From NCBI GenBank assembly GCA_965116875.1, contig OZ220733.1, positions 224,001 through 288,000 of the forward strand: a stretch of 64,000 nt of DNA. The letters run 5' to 3'. This stretch comes from Candidatus Latescibacterota bacterium. Lineage in GTDB: Bacteria; Latescibacterota; UBA2968; GCA-2709665. The translations under genes and the position numbers were made by a program. A model generated the notes under the pieces. It was not told the origin of the DNA. It did no database searches and saw only the letters and a program-made list of their open reading frames with translations. Each line of letters begins with the position of its first letter. Position 1 is the stretch's first letter. Positions 60,983-64,000 of this stretch are shown here, piece by piece.

Positions 60983-63220
60983 TCAGAAGGCATAATTGAT
61001 ACCCAGCGTCGGCACGACCGGCAGCATATTCACGACCTCAGGATCGGCCTGAATCGCGTCGGGATCGAACTGGACGAACCATTCATTGCGCCGGCTGTAG
61101 ACGTTAAACACCTGAATATATGCCTCGGCATCCACGCCGAAAACACGGATCCCGCGCTTGATGCTCAGGTCCAGCCTGTGGTACGGCAGCAGACGCGCGC
61201 TGTTCCTGTCCGCGGGCAGCGCATAGTTCTCGATCCTGGCTTCGGGCTCGGCGGGCCGCCTCAATCTGTATACGGCCGACGCCGGCGTAAACGCCTGTCC
61301 CGTGGCGTACAGCAGATTGGCGCCAAGGGTCCACCTGCCCGCCCGCCAGTTGCTGACAAAGGAAAGATCGTGCCGACGGTCGTACTTGGGCGGAAAACGC
61401 TTCCCGCCGTTCAACTCCGGGAATCGCCGCCGGGTCCATCCCAGCGTATATCCGATCCAGCCGGTGACCGGTCCGGTGCGCTTCTGCAGAAAGAACTCAA
61501 CGCCCGCCGCGACACCGGTTCCGCCGCTCACAAAGGTGTCTTCGGAAGTGCCCGCGTCCGAGCCAACGGCAACGTTGTTGTCGAATAGCACCAGGTTGGC
61601 GAGATCCGTATAGTACCCCTCCAACGTCAGTTGATACCGCTTCGACGGTTCCCATTCAAGGCCCGCCACGCCCTGCCAGGAACGGCCGGGCTCTACAGTC
61701 TGGTCGAGAGGGATCCAGACGTCACCGCCGCTGAAGGCCTCGGTGGTCACCAACTGCAGGTACTGTCTGTACGATCCGCCTCCCAGTTTCAGCTTCAGCC
61801 CCGGCGCGAATCCGTGGCTGAGGGCGAAACGGGGTTCGGCGTGAAACCTGTTTCCTTCGCTGAAGTAGTTCGTGCGCGCGCCAAGCCTCACGCTCGTCTC
61901 GGGCCGCGGCTGCCACAGGTCCTGTGCGTATGCTGAAAAAAGGAAGGGTTTTTCGCGGATATCCAGTTGATCGTCCTGGTTGAAGCTCTGTTTGTACGCA
62001 AAATCGAACCAGGTACCGATGAACCCGAGATTCAGGGAATGTCTGCTGCTTGCGAAAAAGTCCAGGTCCCCCTTGACCGTGATGTCCGTGATTCCATTGG
62101 AAAACTCGATCGGTGTCTCGATCACGCGCAATTCCGTCCTGCTTTCGTATTTGCTTCCCGATACCACGAAATTGCCGAAGACCGCGGGTGAAAACACATG
62201 GGTCCACCGGCCCGTGAATGCCGTGTTGCCCCACCTTACATTGAAAAAACTTCCGTCATCCAGGTCGAGTTGCAGGTCGTCGCGTCCGAAGTATCCGCTG
62301 AACATCAGCTTGTCGCCATCGCCGATATCGCGATTGAACTTCGCATTGGTATCGTAGAAATAGTAGTACGGTACTTCGGTGTCCTCGTCCCTGATCAGAG
62401 AAAGAACCGGTTCCAGGTAGGTCCTCCGGCCGGAGACCATCCAGGACCCGTCACCCGCGGGTCCCTCCAGCGTCATCCGCGCGGAAATCAGGCTGATCCC
62501 TCCCGATCCCTCGAATCCCTTCCGGTTGCCGTCGCGGTTGCGCACGTCCAGAACGGAGCCGAGCCGACCCCCGTATTGGGCCGGATAGGCGCCCTTGTGC
62601 AGGCTCATATCCTTAATGGCGTCCGGATTGAACGTGGAGAAGAAGCCGAACGCGTGGGTCGGGTTGTACAGCGGGATCTGATCCAGAAGGATGAGCGTCT
62701 GATCCGGTCCGCCGCCGCGGATATACAACCCGCTTGTGAAATCGGAAGCCGCCTGTATGCCGGGCAGCAACTGCAGGCTGCGCAGAAGATCCGTTTCGCC
62801 AACCGCGGGCAATTCCTGCAACTGAGCCGTCTCCAGCGTGACAAAGCCCGTCTGCACGTTCCGTTCCGCCTCGTACGGATCCCCTTCCACAACGATCTCG
62901 CGCGACAGAATCGGTTCCGGGACGAGTTGCACATTCAGTTCCTTCAACTCGGCGCCGGAGAATCGGAGGGTATCCACGAAGCTGCGGTATCCGATATAGG
63001 TGACGACGAACGTGTATTCGCCGGGAGGAATGTGCTGAATCGCGTAATACCCGTCCACGTTGCTCAGCGCGCCCAACGGAGATGCAACCCCTTGCAGAAC
63101 CACGTTCGAGTAGGGGAGCGACTCCCCGCTGGTGCGGTCCGTCACGAATCCGCTCAGCGTTGCAGCCACGACTGAGCCGGGTAGAAGAAGAACCAGTATC
63201 AGAATGCGCACTGCGTTCAC
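60983..63220 (-). CDS. TonB-dependent receptor
   Basis: TLSGFVTD..SGESLP, GETDLLRSLQLLPG, IRGGGPDQ, GAYPAQYGGRLGSVL and PTLGINYAF. Start taken at GTG 63220 (ORF open to 63316). Confidence 0.9.
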   Translation of the reverse strand: MNAVRILILVLLLPGSVVAATLSGFVTDRTSGESLPYSNVVLQGVASPLGALSNVDGYYAIQHIPPGEYTFVVTYIGYRSFVDTLRFSGAELKELNVQLVPEPILSREIVVEGDPYEAERNVQTGFVTLETAQLQELPAVGETDLLRSLQLLPGIQAASDFTSGLYIRGGGPDQTLILLDQIPLYNPTHAFGFFSTFNPDAIKDMSLHKGAYPAQYGGRLGSVLDVRNRDGNRKGFEGSGGISLISARMTLEGPAGDGSWMVSGRRTYLEPVLSLIRDEDTEVPYYYFYDTNAKFNRDIGDGDKLMFSGYFGRDDLQLDLDDGSFFNVRWGNTAFTGRWTHVFSPAVFGNFVVSGSKYESRTELRVIETPIEFSNGITDITVKGDLDFFASSRHSLNLGFIGTWFDFAYKQSFNQDDQLDIREKPFLFSAYAQDLWQPRPETSVRLGARTNYFSEGNRFHAEPRFALSHGFAPGLKLKLGGGSYRQYLQLVTTEAFSGGDVWIPLDQTVEPGRSWQGVAGLEWEPSKRYQLTLEGYYTDLANLVLFDNNVAVGSDAGTSEDTFVSGGTGVAAGVEFFLQKRTGPVTGWIGYTLGWTRRRFPELNGGKRFPPKYDRRHDLSFVSNWRAGRWTLGANLLYATGQAFTPASAVYRLRRPAEPEARIENYALPADRNSARLLPYHRLDLSIKRGIRVFGVDAEAYIQVFNVYSRRNEWFVQFDPDAIQADPEVVNMLPVVPTLGINYAF

Positions 63221-63330
63221 CAGGATGCCCCCATGCGTCATGAGTTCCCTCGCCATGAAACAAACCATCGCCGCCGGCGGGTCTCCCGTGAAACCGGGTC
63301 CCGGCGACCCTCGCACGAGTCCGGACGCAG

Positions 63331-63356
63331 AAAAGCCCGGCGCTGTCGCCGGGCTT
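63331..63356 (-). terminator. Terminator after the epimerase gene
   Basis: aagcccggcg-ctgt-cgccgggctt followed by Ts on the minus strand. Confidence 0.5.
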
Positions 63357-63507
63357 CCCTGTTCAGCAAGCCGTCAGGTTGTTCGAAATACACCCGTCCA
63401 CCCGGTCCAGAATGCCTGATTGGAATGACGACCGAATCCCGCCGGAGTTCCAGGATTCTGCGATCTCGACGCGCCGGCGAAGCTCCGCTTTCAATGCAAT
63501 GCCATTT

Positions 63508-63999
63508 TCAGGACAACCATTTGAGCAGACGGAGTACGCCCTGCTTCACGGGGCCCCGGTGAATCGACCTCGCGCCCGCGTCGTGTTTCTGAGATCCACG
63601 CTCGATGTACCATTCGTACGCCTGGATCATCATCTCCGCGTTGCCGTACCGGGGTTTCCAGCCAAGCTGTTTCATCGGCTCCGAAAGGTCAAAATAGAAG
63701 GGCTTGTGGTAGGTCAGGTAGTGCCAGGGGGCGAGCGGACAGATCTTCAGAACGTCCAGCAGCTTCAGGACCGACACGGTCAATCCCACCGGCAATCCCA
63801 CGATTCCGGACCTGCTGCCGGCGTGTCTGATGGTTGCGCCCAGATCGTCTCGCAGCGTCGAAAACCGGTCCGCGCCGATGTTGAATACGCCCTGTGTCCC
63901 GTGTTCCACGCCGAGCAGCGCGGCCGTGACGAGGTCGTCGACGTGGACAAACTGAAAGGGATTGTCGCCGCTGCCGATGACGTAGATGTTCCTGCCTTC
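63508..63999 (-). CDS. NAD-dependent epimerase/dehydratase, C-terminal part (runs off the window)
   Basis: IGSGDNPFQFVHVDDL, GVFNIG and LGWKPRY. Confidence 0.8.
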   Translation of the reverse strand, partial: EGRNIYVIGSGDNPFQFVHVDDLVTAALLGVEHGTQGVFNIGADRFSTLRDDLGATIRHAGSRSGIVGLPVGLTVSVLKLLDVLKICPLAPWHYLTYHKPFYFDLSEPMKQLGWKPRYGNAEMMIQAYEWYIERGSQKHDAGARSIHRGPVKQGVLRLLKWLS

Positions 64000-64000
64000 G

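Noticed and set aside
1-64000. CRISPR array, tRNA, rRNA
   Set aside because: No regularly spaced repeats or recognisable structural RNA genes were seen by eye.

Overview
High-GC bacterial chromosome segment. The gene set (GWxTD-TPR paralogues, PorV-like protein with a CTD-bearing partner, DUF6785-like membrane protein, CRTAC1/ASPIC protein with a dockerin-like tail) suggests an FCB-group candidate phylum such as Latescibacterota; this is an inference. Left arm (0.1-17.2 kb): OMP - TonB-dependent receptor - CTD protein - PorV-like operon, a TMTC-like GT-C/TPR protein and two GWxTD proteins. Centre (~17.5-54.3 kb): a visibly lower-GC, IS-scarred island with nearly all genes on the minus strand. 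It carries a putative RiPP/acyl-carrier hybrid cluster: Ser/Thr kinase-sigma54 activator, candidate sigma54 promoter, RRE-radical SAM/SPASM enzyme, 73-aa precursor, beta-propeller, redoxin, ABC exporter, rhodanese, S8 protease fused to a DUF1611/TIGR04066-like domain, ACP, BtrH-like protein, MFP plus two RND permeases, a third GWxTD protein and a GT2. The precursor has three (E/Q)W(Y/F)(D/N) and three Cx3(D/N/Q) motifs, and its gene is bracketed by complementary 5'/3' arms. Mobile DNA: an intact IS1380 element with a CTAA target duplication, three ~190-bp MITEs sharing its ends, IS3/IS630/IS256 relics, a probable group II intron 5' fragment and self-nested ~20-bp mini-palindromes. Right arm (54.5-64 kb): ordinary envelope genes. 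All family assignments come from motif recognition by eye, not database searches.
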